Source: a virus
Virus record (IMG/VR): IMGVR_UViG_3300036715_001865
Location: 126,392-190,391 of that record
Strand: one strand, 5' to 3'
DNA length: 64,000 bases
Shown here piece by piece: positions 1-9,096 of the stretch (the first letter of the stretch is position 1; each line of letters begins with the position of its first letter). Position numbers and translations under genes: made by a program. A model generated the notes under the pieces. The model did not search any database and had not been told where the DNA came from. It saw nothing but the letters and a program-made list of their open reading frames with translations.

Positions 1-1122
1 TGCAAACGTTTTCCAACTAGAATCCACAGCACTTGTGAATTCTTTTCTCATATCAGGACCAGTTAATCTAGTCTTTGATTGACTGTCATACTCAGGGTTT
101 TTAACCTTCAAATTAGCCAACACCAACAACCCTTTTCGAATATCATTTCTGGTAATTTCAGCTTTTAATTTTTTAGCTTCTTTTAATAAATGATTTCCTA
201 CTCTATCAAATAGAACATTGAAAAATTGTGTGTTACACTTTCCACCATCAAATAACAATGAACTATTGACCCAAGTAAACATTTGCTCATCAATCCCATC
301 ATGGCCATTGCATATAATATAAATATCCCCGTGAACATTTTCATCATTTACACTAAAAGTAAAAGTATCTTTTCCTACTGCAATCCTATCAATATACTCT
401 TGTACACCTCGTTTATAACGAAACTTTTCTCCATTGTATTCAACACTTATATTTGGATTTGTCATCGCAATTTCAACTGCTCTATTGCGAATTAAATTGT
501 CCGGTAGTGATATATCCGAAAACACCAACGGATCTAGTTGAAAGCTTAATTCTGTTCCTGTGGTCTTTGCAACCAACTCAGTAATTTTAGGCCTTGATGC
601 TTTATTTGCACCATCAACAAATTTCTGGTAGTATTTTTTATTGTCTCGATGTATGGTAATATCTAATTCAGAGCAACAAAAGTTTGTACAAGCTGCGCCC
701 ACTCCATTCATACCCTGGACACCTATTTGCTTATCTTCAGTAAAGTTTCTACCCGAACGTAATGAACTAAACACTACTTCTGGAGTAAATTTCCCAGAAC
801 TATGCTTATCAATAGGTACACCTCGACCATTATCACCAATTGTGTATTTTCCTGTTTCAGGTGATGCTTGAATTTTCAACAACTTAACCTTGGAAGAAAT
901 CTGGGCAAATTCATCCAAACTATTATCAACGATTTCACCGAATGCCTTATACACCGCTGGTATAAATGTAACATCTTCAATTTGTAATACTGGGCTAGAT
1001 AACAATGGTATAGAAAATGTGGTTGGATTGCCACTACCGAAGTATACAGGGTTGCGTAATCTAACATGCTCTCTATCGGTTAATATTTTTATATCTTCTG
1101 ATGTATATGTTTTTTCTTTCAT
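1..1122 (-). CDS. Type II DNA topoisomerase ATPase subunit (GyrB/ParE/T4 gp39-like), 3' part runs off the window edge
   Basis: Manual translation from the ATG at 1122 (SD GGAG upstream): MKEKTYTSEDIKILTDREHVRLR, GEIVDNSLDE, DNGRGVP, GMNGVGAACTN (GHKL motifs), YDSQSKTRL. Absent from the ORF track because it is truncated. Confidence 0.93.
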   Translation of the reverse strand, partial: MKEKTYTSEDIKILTDREHVRLRNPVYFGSGNPTTFSIPLLSSPVLQIEDVTFIPAVYKAFGEIVDNSLDEFAQISSKVKLLKIQASPETGKYTIGDNGRGVPIDKHSSGKFTPEVVFSSLRSGRNFTEDKQIGVQGMNGVGAACTNFCCSELDITIHRDNKKYYQKFVDGANKASRPKITELVAKTTGTELSFQLDPLVFSDISLPDNLIRNRAVEIAMTNPNISVEYNGEKFRYKRGVQEYIDRIAVGKDTFTFSVNDENVHGDIYIICNGHDGIDEQMFTWVNSSLLFDGGKCNTQFFNVLFDRVGNHLLKEAKKLKAEITRNDIRKGLLVLANLKVKNPEYDSQSKTRLTGPDMRKEFTSAVDSSWKTFA

Positions 1123-1136
1123 CTAGTTTTATTCTC

Positions 1137-1373
1137 CTAATTGCGGGAAGTGGCTTGTTGAGCTGCTATTAGCCTCTCAACATCATCCATTGCAAAATTT
1201 AAAGCACTTAATAATTGCAATACTGTTTGCCCAGCAGGCATCTGCCGGAGTATATTAAGTTTATCCAGAATTAAACCTTGTTGAGTACCAAGTTGTGTAA
1301 CATTCATAGTATCCCACAAATCTGTTCTTATATTAACTTCCCAATCTTCTTTTTTTATTTGTTCATATTCCAT
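1137..1373 (-). CDS. Hypothetical protein
   Basis: 78-aa ORF packed between the primase and topoisomerase genes. Confidence 0.7.
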   Translation of the reverse strand: MEYEQIKKEDWEVNIRTDLWDTMNVTQLGTQQGLILDKLNILRQMPAGQTVLQLLSALNFAMDDVERLIAAQQATSRN

Positions 1374-1375
1374 TA

Positions 1376-2407
1376 TTATGTTCCTTTTTCACAATATAAA
1401 TTTATTACTACCTTGGCTAAATTACCCGAAACAGTATTCTGCATAATGGTACGTAATGTGTATAATAATCCATGCTTTCGAATAGAATCATTAACATCTT
1501 TGCAATCGTCACTTTTATCTAATGTACTTATACTCCACCCCAAGTCAATTGCTTGTTCAGCTAAAATATGCCCTGACCCATACCTATCCGGTATTACTAC
1601 TTTAGGTCTTCGAGATTTGTTTAACCACGTGATTTGGGATTTTGTTAATTTGTTGCCAAAAATTGCGACTCCTGATAATGCAGATGCATCAAACCAACCT
1701 TCTACAACATATAATGGATCCGTGTTGTACCCTTGTATTTGATCATACCCATACATTACATTATCCCTAGCTACTGATGCACTCAAATATTTCTTTTGGT
1801 GCAAATCTGTTAAATCCCTACCTTGATAGAATATTAATTTGTTGTCTTTATATATTGGAATGATTAGTCGTCCGTACCATCTGGCATTAAGAACATGCTG
1901 TTGGTGCTTTACACAATGAAATGGATAAGTTTTCCAATCGATCCCTCTGTTGGCTAAGTATTCAATAGAATACTGACACCAATCATCATCGGGATCATCC
2001 ACTAATGGATAAAAGAAAGGTAGTAACGGGATTTCATCCGGCTCAATAGATTGATAAACAGATACAGCTTTAGAATATTCACCTGTAAGGGCGTCGAGAG
2101 TTAGTTTCCCCCAATCCACCTTAAGGATACCAAATGATTCAAATACTTCCACCATATTTTTTGATGGATTTTTATTTTCAGTTGGCTCATATACTGCAAC
2201 ATGTCCACAATTAAAACAATTATATGTTCCACCATGTTCTGTAAACACAAATGCAGCTCGTTTACCTTTTTTACCATGGTCATTGCATACCTTACACAAT
2301 ACAGGATACCATCCCTTAGCACTTGGAGGGTCTAAGTGTATATGTTGAGTGATTATTTGTTCAAATAGATTATTAGAAGAATCAACTGTTGACGGCTTCC
2401 TATCCAT
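1376..2407 (-). CDS. dnaG: DNA primase (T4 gp61/DnaG-like)
   Basis: N-terminal Zn ribbon (CKVC...CFNCGH), GRLIIPI, YQGR, TOPRIM YVVEGWFDA. Confidence 0.9.
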   Translation of the reverse strand: MDRKPSTVDSSNNLFEQIITQHIHLDPPSAKGWYPVLCKVCNDHGKKGKRAAFVFTEHGGTYNCFNCGHVAVYEPTENKNPSKNMVEVFESFGILKVDWGKLTLDALTGEYSKAVSVYQSIEPDEIPLLPFFYPLVDDPDDDWCQYSIEYLANRGIDWKTYPFHCVKHQQHVLNARWYGRLIIPIYKDNKLIFYQGRDLTDLHQKKYLSASVARDNVMYGYDQIQGYNTDPLYVVEGWFDASALSGVAIFGNKLTKSQITWLNKSRRPKVVIPDRYGSGHILAEQAIDLGWSISTLDKSDDCKDVNDSIRKHGLLYTLRTIMQNTVSGNLAKVVINLYCEKGT

Positions 2408-2472
2408 ACGCTCTCCAATATTGATATAAAATACAATTATACATCAATATTGAATAAACTTCAACTTTCTTA

Positions 2473-3426
2473 CTATTCTGATGAATTGTTCTCTATATAA
2501 TCCATTAGTTTTGTGTATATCAACCGTTGATATCTTTTCCACTGTTGAAGTTTGTATTTTTGGAATTTTGGATTGTCAGTTGGAGCTAGTAACACCGATT
2601 TCATTTTATCAAACCGTTGAACTATGCCAAAACTTTTGTTAAGACCTAACGTGCCTTTGGTGCTAATATTATTCAATACCTGTTTAATAATATCTGTTGG
2701 ATGGCCTCTATCCTCTGCCCACCAAATTAAACCAGATACAATATTTTGCGAATGTGCTTCAATCTCCACTTGCTGACTTAAGTATTTTTCCTGATCACCA
2801 CTCCCCCCTGCTGACTTTATAAGGTGCTTATCTGTTGAGGTGAGGGTGTGTTGGTTGTTGCTGCGTTGGGACTGTATTATGTGGGTTAGTTCATGCTCCA
2901 CTGTTCCAACCCAATTAGGTACTAATAAAGCCGCTCGGTTTACCTGGTGAATCAACTTAAATGGATAGTATAGGTCAATTAATGCAACATTCATGTATGG
3001 ACCAGTTTTTTTAGTAACCTCCTCAGATGAACCAACAAAAATTCTACGAAATCCTGTTGCAGTGCCGTGGTGAGCCATTTTTTCCACAATATGAACCCCT
3101 ACTCTTATTGAGGTGCCTTGATAGTTATCTTTATCATACTTGACCCGTGTTGCTACTGGTTGATTTGTTTTTATGTTGTCAGGTGTACCATAAAATGGTG
3201 TTTTAATTTGAGAATTTAAAAGGTTATTGATAACAGGGGTTAACATTTTTTTTAACTTGTCCTCCAGTACCTTAACCATATCCACTGTGTTTAGATTAAG
3301 GTCTTCACTGGTTAAGTCCACAAACTTAAGCCAATCATTAAATATCTTGGTTAGTTGTTTATTCGCAGTGGGCGGCAATGCTATTTTTTCCACTAATAAT
3401 TTTTGAGTTGACATAAAAATATCCAT
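2473..3426 (-). CDS. Hypothetical protein with HExxH metallopeptidase-like motif
   Basis: VEHELTHIIQ plus downstream YLSQQVEIEAH; ATAAATA upstream. Confidence 0.65.
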   Translation of the reverse strand: MDIFMSTQKLLVEKIALPPTANKQLTKIFNDWLKFVDLTSEDLNLNTVDMVKVLEDKLKKMLTPVINNLLNSQIKTPFYGTPDNIKTNQPVATRVKYDKDNYQGTSIRVGVHIVEKMAHHGTATGFRRIFVGSSEEVTKKTGPYMNVALIDLYYPFKLIHQVNRAALLVPNWVGTVEHELTHIIQSQRSNNQHTLTSTDKHLIKSAGGSGDQEKYLSQQVEIEAHSQNIVSGLIWWAEDRGHPTDIIKQVLNNISTKGTLGLNKSFGIVQRFDKMKSVLLAPTDNPKFQKYKLQQWKRYQRLIYTKLMDYIENNSSE

Positions 3427-3454
3427 TAATTGATATTTTATTTATCACCCACAA

Positions 3455-3478
3455 ACAAAAAACCACCCGAAGGTGGTT
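3455..3478 (-). terminator. Intrinsic terminator downstream of the tmRNA
   Basis: AACCACC-TTCG-GGTGGTT followed by a T-tract on the minus strand. Confidence 0.85.
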
Positions 3479-3480
3479 TA

Positions 3481-3750
3481 TGTGAAGGTGTTTCTGTTTC
3501 CAAGTGTACCTCCAATACTCATACCTACTTAGTTGCCTAAGCGGCTAGTGCATAATTTTCTGAATTTGCAGTTATATTTTTTATGCCATTAGATATTACT
3601 ATCCAGAAGGTCATCTCTCTAGTTGCCGATCAAACTTATTCTACCCCAATCGATACCATGACATCCCCATAATTAGTTATTTGTGGAGATGGTGGGAGTC
3701 GAACCCACGTCTTGAAGCCTTTAATTTGATAGGAATTACAACCATTCAAC
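3481..3750 (-). ncRNA. ssrA: tmRNA, circularly permuted (two-piece) gene
   Basis: Acceptor piece ~3750-3684 (T arm GTGGG-TTCGACT-CCCAC, CATCTCC-A) precedes the coding piece, which starts GGGGATG at 3668. G3-U70 pair. Tag reading frame 3569-3537 = ANSENYALAA*. P2-type pairings between the pieces. Confidence 0.93.
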
Positions 3751-3755
3751 TTTTG

Positions 3756-3763
3756 TATTTATA
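3756..3763 (-). promoter_or_regulatory. T4-like late promoter driving the tmRNA precursor
   Basis: TATAAATA ~6 nt upstream of the predicted 5' end of the acceptor piece. Confidence 0.7.
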
Positions 3764-4112
3764 CTATTCGAGTTTTATGTGCCTTAATATACTCATTTGT
3801 GAAATACTTTACTCTACCATCTACCATTTCACACAAGGTAGTAGGATGTATTCCCGAACCTACTGCAATAGTAAATTGAATATCAACCAATTGCTCATCG
3901 ATATCATCAGTGGGCCGAACATAATCCATACCGGATACAAATATCCTATAAGCTTCAGTGGCTAAATTATATGCCAATTGATCTATAGCAATTTTTGTTT
4001 GGTTGGCATCAATAGCTTGAATGGTACCATCTTTGATAATTTCTGTACACAATTCTTCCCAAGATTGTAACTCTTGATTGCTAATTTTAGTTGGTGTAGA
4101 TGTATTGTTCAT
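3759..4112 (-). CDS. Hypothetical protein
   Basis: 117-aa ORF, coupled to the upstream gene. Confidence 0.7.
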   Translation of the reverse strand: MNNTSTPTKISNQELQSWEELCTEIIKDGTIQAIDANQTKIAIDQLAYNLATEAYRIFVSGMDYVRPTDDIDEQLVDIQFTIAVGSGIHPTTLCEMVDGRVKYFTNEYIKAHKTRIV

Positions 4113-4618
4113 TTATGTCCTTTTGTTGAGGCCCAATCCAAATCCAAGTCTTCTTGATACTCTTTTGCAATGTGAATTACAGGAAGTGTATCTAAAATAC
4201 TTGGTAGTTTATCAATATCCATATCCCCAATATTATATGATAGGGTAATATGTGGGGTAAAATCAGGAAAGTCAAATGTAGCATCATGTTTTTTCATTAG
4301 ATATTCATGTCGTTCTTTCAATTCTGGACAATCATATTTTATAACCAAACAATTGCTACTACTTCCATCTTCACTGGTTGACTTCCATACATCAAAAGTT
4401 GTTGGAGTTCCAGTAAACATTGGATCTATATTACCCAATGCTTCATATTCAGGTAAAAACTTTCTACTATATAACAACGTAGAATGCATATCTTTTGGCA
4501 ATAATCCATTGGGAATATCATTATCTTTAATGTACTTCAATACTGCTGTGGTTGTGGGTGTATCAAACTTTACACCTGCATACGTTCCTTTATTCGTTTG
4601 TAGTTCCGTTAATAACAT
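4109..4618 (-). CDS. acb1: Anti-CBASS nuclease Acb1-like 2H phosphodiesterase (T4 57B family)
   Basis: Two HxT motifs (MHSTLLYSR, TPHITLSYNIG), HDATFDFPDF and C-terminal EYQEDLDLDWA match the T4 Acb1 layout from memory. Confidence 0.85.
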   Translation of the reverse strand: MLLTELQTNKGTYAGVKFDTPTTTAVLKYIKDNDIPNGLLPKDMHSTLLYSRKFLPEYEALGNIDPMFTGTPTTFDVWKSTSEDGSSSNCLVIKYDCPELKERHEYLMKKHDATFDFPDFTPHITLSYNIGDMDIDKLPSILDTLPVIHIAKEYQEDLDLDWASTKGHK

Positions 4619-4916
4619 TTAACTTCCTTGATATTGATTTATCTCTGAATCTTGACGCTTTTGCCATATCAGAGTGATTACCGCATTTATCTTCCATCCG
4701 CAACATATGTGCAAATGCTAGTCCTATTTCATCTCGGACACGAACTTTAACTTCCTGATTTACTCGTCCATTCAAATACACTCTACAGTGCCACCAATTA
4801 AGTATCTTAGTGACGTTTGTAAAGTGAGTACATTCACCAGTGGCAATATTCTGTATAGGTAGTACTGGTTTGATACTGTTTGGCTTGATACTGTTTGGCT
4901 TGATACTGTTTGGCAT
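4590..4916 (-). CDS. Hypothetical protein with N-terminal (PNSIK)3 repeat
   Basis: ORF track; repeat visible in the DNA. Confidence 0.6.
   Translation of the reverse strand: MPNSIKPNSIKPNSIKPVLPIQNIATGECTHFTNVTKILNWWHCRVYLNGRVNQEVKVRVRDEIGLAFAHMLRMEDKCGNHSDMAKASRFRDKSISRKLNVINGTTNE
4870..4914. repeat. 15-bp tandem repeat x3 (TTGATACTGTTTGGC)
   Basis: Three exact in-frame copies. Confidence 0.9.
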
Positions 4917-4920
4917 GATA

Positions 4921-5538
4921 CTACTTCCGTTTATATTTCACAAAAACTAATTCTTTGTTTTCAGCTGGTGTTACACTCACCACATCGAATTGTTTTTTAA
5001 TACTCTTTATCGGAAAATACATATCACATTCTACATCTTTATCAACAAAAGTCAACAATAGTTCATCTGCGAATGCAATAGCTTCTACAAATATTCTTCC
5101 ACCACCAATAATAAATACTGGATTATCTAATTCATCAGTGTGATATTCCACAGCTCTAATATTTGGAATAACAGTAGCATTTGGCAAAGATGTAAGTGTC
5201 CTTGAGACTACAAAACACTTACGATTTGGCAACACACTTTCAATTGCCTTATCTCCCAATCGCTTGTTAATGTCTTCATAAGTATGCCTACCCATTACAC
5301 AGCAATGTCCCATCGTGTGCTCCTTGAAGAATTTAAAATCTTCAGAGTAATACCAAGGAATTTCCCCCTTGTTTGAGAATCCACCAAAGTTCTTCTCAAT
5401 TGCAGCAATAATGGTGTACTTTTGTTGTGGGATGGGTTCAAATTGAAACTGTGGTTGACCCATAGCTGCTCGTATTTGAGCTTCCTGCTGCATTCGAGCT
5501 TGTTCCGCAAACATTTTTTGCACTTCTTCCGGATTCAT
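4921..5538 (-). CDS. folA: Dihydrofolate reductase with Q-rich N-terminal extension
   Basis: IPWYYSEDFKFFKEHT, VMGRHTY, LPNRKCFVVSR, IIGGGRIF, CDMYFP. Confidence 0.92.
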   Translation of the reverse strand: MNPEEVQKMFAEQARMQQEAQIRAAMGQPQFQFEPIPQQKYTIIAAIEKNFGGFSNKGEIPWYYSEDFKFFKEHTMGHCCVMGRHTYEDINKRLGDKAIESVLPNRKCFVVSRTLTSLPNATVIPNIRAVEYHTDELDNPVFIIGGGRIFVEAIAFADELLLTFVDKDVECDMYFPIKSIKKQFDVVSVTPAENKELVFVKYKRK

Positions 5539-5984
5539 ACTAATATTGCTCCCAACCGTTGAACTGTTAATGGAATGTTTCGAGTGTCGCTATACAACAG
5601 CAACGAGAGGTCTTGGTCAAAAAATACCTTTTCGGCCCGTAATCCTGCCAACGAAAATCCATCTATCATTCTAGTGATTGAAACAAACTTAAATACTTGG
5701 TGTTCAGTTGTAACAGTCAGTTTTACCATACAATAAGTAATAGGTGTGTTACCATCGCTAATCAACAAATCGATGAACTCCGCCATAACTCTTTTAGCAT
5801 CCTGTGAGTTTTTCCCCACATATAGGCGGGTCACTCCTCTATTTCCAACCCACACTTCACCTAACATGAGGTACAGGAATGCAGTGGTAATTCTTCTGCG
5901 ACGGTGCTGATAGCTTGAAAACGTGCCATTTAAAATGTGTGCCGTAGCAGTGTGCAACGTGTCAATATCCAACTCTCTAATCAT
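5535..5984 (-). CDS. Hypothetical protein
   Basis: 149-aa ORF overlapping its neighbours by 4 nt. Confidence 0.7.
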   Translation of the reverse strand: MIRELDIDTLHTATAHILNGTFSSYQHRRRRITTAFLYLMLGEVWVGNRGVTRLYVGKNSQDAKRVMAEFIDLLISDGNTPITYCMVKLTVTTEHQVFKFVSITRMIDGFSLAGLRAEKVFFDQDLSLLLYSDTRNIPLTVQRLGAILV

Positions 5985-7942
5985 AACATCTCCTTAATAT
6001 CCGAAATACCTACAATTGGTATATTCAATTCCCGAGCTTTATCCAACTTACTAGAAGCCCCATCTGGATTATTAGTAACTACTAAACTGGTTTTTGAACT
6101 AATAGAGCTACCAATTTTTCCACCAGCCTGTTCAATTAATTTTTGCAAATTAGCATCACGAAATCCAGTAAACACTACAATTTTTCCACTAAAATTACCA
6201 GAAGCAGGTGGCATATATGGTGCAATCACTACTACTTTTTGTACTTCTCTTAAAAAATTTAAAAATTGTGGATATCCTGTTTGCACTTTTGTGGCTGTTT
6301 TGTGTTCAAATCCTTTAACATCTAGGATTTTACTGTAACTTTCACACAGTGACATATCTCCATTGAATGCATCATACAGAGCTTTCATTTTCCGAACTCC
6401 AACTCCTCTACCAAATGCGTTATGAGCACCCATCAATAGATATAATGGGATATTGGTTAATTTTTCACGGAGGCCATTGAAAATCTTTTTTGCATTTACT
6501 TTTGAGTTTAGTAAACTACTTAAATCTTCTTGGGTCAACATAATAACACTTTCAGGTGTTTCAAATCCCATATCAAATATTTTTTGTAGATTACCTTCGC
6601 CTAAGTGAGGTGCTTTAATGGCATCAAAAAAGTCAACTAATTGTCCATATAATGCCTCTTTACTGTTAGCATCGTCCAACACCAAATCAACACCAGTTTC
6701 TGTCCAATGAGTATATCCATATTGGAGAGTCTTCTCAGTAAACCATTCATCATAATCAGCTACTGTTGATGGATGCAAAACTTCCATAATAAATGGCACA
6801 ACATCACCACTTCTGGTTACTTTTACTTTAGACCCTGGACCAATTTTGTTTTCACAAATAAACTTCATATTGAAGCCTGTTGCCCACGTAACTGTTACTC
6901 CAACCAATTCAACTGGAGAAATTTCCACTCTTGGTTTTAGATAACCATGTTTACTAATGTTGATTTCGACGTCCACAACAGTAGCAATTACAACATTGGA
7001 GGCATCTGTAATTTTATATTTGATTGCGTATGCTGGATTCAAAGTAGAGCTGGTTGGATTCATTTCAGCACGTTTGGCAGCTGAATCAACTTCCAGTACA
7101 ATACCATCTAACTCATATGCAGAATATTGTTTCCGGTTTTTAACTTCTGCAACTAACAGACCATCATTAATGTTATCCAATTTCCAACGGCGGTAGGATA
7201 CAACATTAAAACCTAACTCTTCCAGTAACTGAAGCTGTGCTGTTTTTCCTAATTTGGAACCTACTATTTCGTAGACAACAAAATCAACATATTGATATAC
7301 ACCAACTGGATTAACACTAGCATTCATTAAACCAGATACCATATTTCGGGCATTTTTATATGGTGTTCCATTTCTTGTTTTTAAAGTTTTGATAATTGGA
7401 AAGTTTCTAATTGAAATAATGTTCTCACCACGGACAGCTAACGGCTGCCCATTGTGGTTGATTTTCTTAGGAACAGATGGCATTTGTGATAAATGTCTGG
7501 AAATGTCGGCACCTTGTGTACCATTTCCTCTACTATAACCTATTTGAAAATTACCATCTGCATCATATACAACAAGACCACTAGTGCCATCTAATTTATC
7601 AGATTCCACAGCACTATATGACTCTAGGCTCCACTTTTTGACCCAAGCTTCAATTTCACCGTCATATACTTGGTCCAACGAGCCCATTTGGAATGGTAAA
7701 GTAACCTTTCCGCCACGGACATCACTACCAATGCCTAAGAAATAAGCATTGGTTGGATCAGTGTTTTTTGCATATTTAGATAGGGCATCATACTCACTAT
7801 CTTCCATCAGAGGTTCTTCGTCATTGAAATATAACTCATCTGCTAATTCAAGTACGGATATGATTTGAGCGGTTGAATACCCACCAAATCCAATCTCAAA
7901 GAAAGCCGCCGCCAATAATTTACCTTCATCTGTAGTAATCAT
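5981..7942 (-). CDS. ligA: NAD-dependent DNA ligase
   Basis: MGSLD, KLDG adenylation motif, SRGNGTQG, RGE, DGIV, AIKYK, OB fold, C-terminal BRCT (VFTGFRD); no tetracysteine Zn finger seen. Confidence 0.95.
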   Translation of the reverse strand: MITTDEGKLLAAAFFEIGFGGYSTAQIISVLELADELYFNDEEPLMEDSEYDALSKYAKNTDPTNAYFLGIGSDVRGGKVTLPFQMGSLDQVYDGEIEAWVKKWSLESYSAVESDKLDGTSGLVVYDADGNFQIGYSRGNGTQGADISRHLSQMPSVPKKINHNGQPLAVRGENIISIRNFPIIKTLKTRNGTPYKNARNMVSGLMNASVNPVGVYQYVDFVVYEIVGSKLGKTAQLQLLEELGFNVVSYRRWKLDNINDGLLVAEVKNRKQYSAYELDGIVLEVDSAAKRAEMNPTSSTLNPAYAIKYKITDASNVVIATVVDVEINISKHGYLKPRVEISPVELVGVTVTWATGFNMKFICENKIGPGSKVKVTRSGDVVPFIMEVLHPSTVADYDEWFTEKTLQYGYTHWTETGVDLVLDDANSKEALYGQLVDFFDAIKAPHLGEGNLQKIFDMGFETPESVIMLTQEDLSSLLNSKVNAKKIFNGLREKLTNIPLYLLMGAHNAFGRGVGVRKMKALYDAFNGDMSLCESYSKILDVKGFEHKTATKVQTGYPQFLNFLREVQKVVVIAPYMPPASGNFSGKIVVFTGFRDANLQKLIEQAGGKIGSSISSKTSLVVTNNPDGASSKLDKARELNIPIVGISDIKEML

Positions 7943-8025
7943 ATTTTTCTCCGTTATTCAATAATAATGATATTATATACGAATTTTAGTATTTGTCAAC
8001 TTAACGGGAATCTAAATTATACAGC

Positions 8026-8889
8026 CTATACTGCTACGGTAGCTTTAATTGTAGGGTGACTTTCATAACCAATGATTTCGAAATCTTCAAATTTAAAATC
8101 ATCAATATCATTAATCGACCTATTAAACATAAATTTTGGTGATTTAAATGGAGTTCGAGATAACTGTTCAATACATTGATCTACGTGGTTTTCGTAGATA
8201 TGAACATTACCACCATTCCAAATCAATTCACCAGGGTTTAAACCGGTTACTTCTGCTAACATTCTCAACAATAATGAATACTGTACAACATTGAATGGAA
8301 CACCCAAAAATACATCACAGCTACGTTGATTTAATATCATTGAAAGTTCACCATCCACAACATTACACTGAAACGAATAATGACATGGGGGCAATTTCAT
8401 ATTTGACAAATCACCAACATTCCATGCAGTTACAATCATTCTTCTATCTGTTGGATTGTGTAACAACTTATCAATCAAAATAGCAATTTGGTCAATCTCA
8501 TACGACTTAAAAATAGGAGCACCATGTATCTCACTACTTTGAACATCCAGTTCATGAGTTAACCACCTTCTCCACTGGTATCCGTACACTGGCCCCAACT
8601 CTCCATGTTCATCTGCCCATTCGTCCCAAATACGAACATTATGGTCTTGTAAATATTTAATGTTGGTGCTACCAGTCAAGTACCATAACAATTCACGAAC
8701 AATTGATCTGATGTGCATATGTTTTGTGGTCAATAGTGGAATACTACCATCTCTCAAATCAAAACACATTTGAGGACCAAAAATACTTTTGGTTCGAATT
8801 CCTGTTCTATTTTGACTCCAAGTACCTTCAGTTAATACTCGTTGTACGAGGTGTAAATATTCCTTATCGTGAAACGATATTTCTTCCAT
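8026..8889 (-). CDS. thyA: Thymidylate synthase
   Basis: RTG, ELLWYLTG, IWDEWAD, LGPVYGYQWR, LPPCH, QRSCDVFLGVPFN, HIYENH. Confidence 0.97.
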   Translation of the reverse strand: MEEISFHDKEYLHLVQRVLTEGTWSQNRTGIRTKSIFGPQMCFDLRDGSIPLLTTKHMHIRSIVRELLWYLTGSTNIKYLQDHNVRIWDEWADEHGELGPVYGYQWRRWLTHELDVQSSEIHGAPIFKSYEIDQIAILIDKLLHNPTDRRMIVTAWNVGDLSNMKLPPCHYSFQCNVVDGELSMILNQRSCDVFLGVPFNVVQYSLLLRMLAEVTGLNPGELIWNGGNVHIYENHVDQCIEQLSRTPFKSPKFMFNRSINDIDDFKFEDFEIIGYESHPTIKATVAV

Positions 8890-8901
8890 GAAATCTCCTT
8901 T

Positions 8902-9084
8902 TTATTGTTCAACTACATACAGATCACTATCTCTAACCCATTTCTTCCATGACCCAACCATTCTATCTGATGGGGTGATTTCATACAAGGTGTCGATTTT
9001 TTTACTTGCTAATTCTTTAGCGGCCTTTTTTCCAGTTTTAATAACTTCCACCCCTTCGTATACGTATACAGGCTTATCATCCAT
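8902..9084 (-). CDS. Hypothetical protein
   Basis: 60-aa ORF within the operon. Confidence 0.65.
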   Translation of the reverse strand: MDDKPVYVYEGVEVIKTGKKAAKELASKKIDTLYEITPSDRMVGSWKKWVRDSDLYVVEQ

Positions 9085-9096
9085 CTAATTTTTTCC

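Noticed and set aside
3681-3965. Plus-strand 94-aa ORF MWRWWESNP...
   Set aside because: It is the antisense reading of the tmRNA T arm and the neighbouring gene; similar shadows occur at 42718-42939, 44193-44495, 52191-52394 and 55381-55665.
5981-8889. Group I introns or inteins in ligA or thyA
   Set aside because: Both ORFs are continuous and of normal length.
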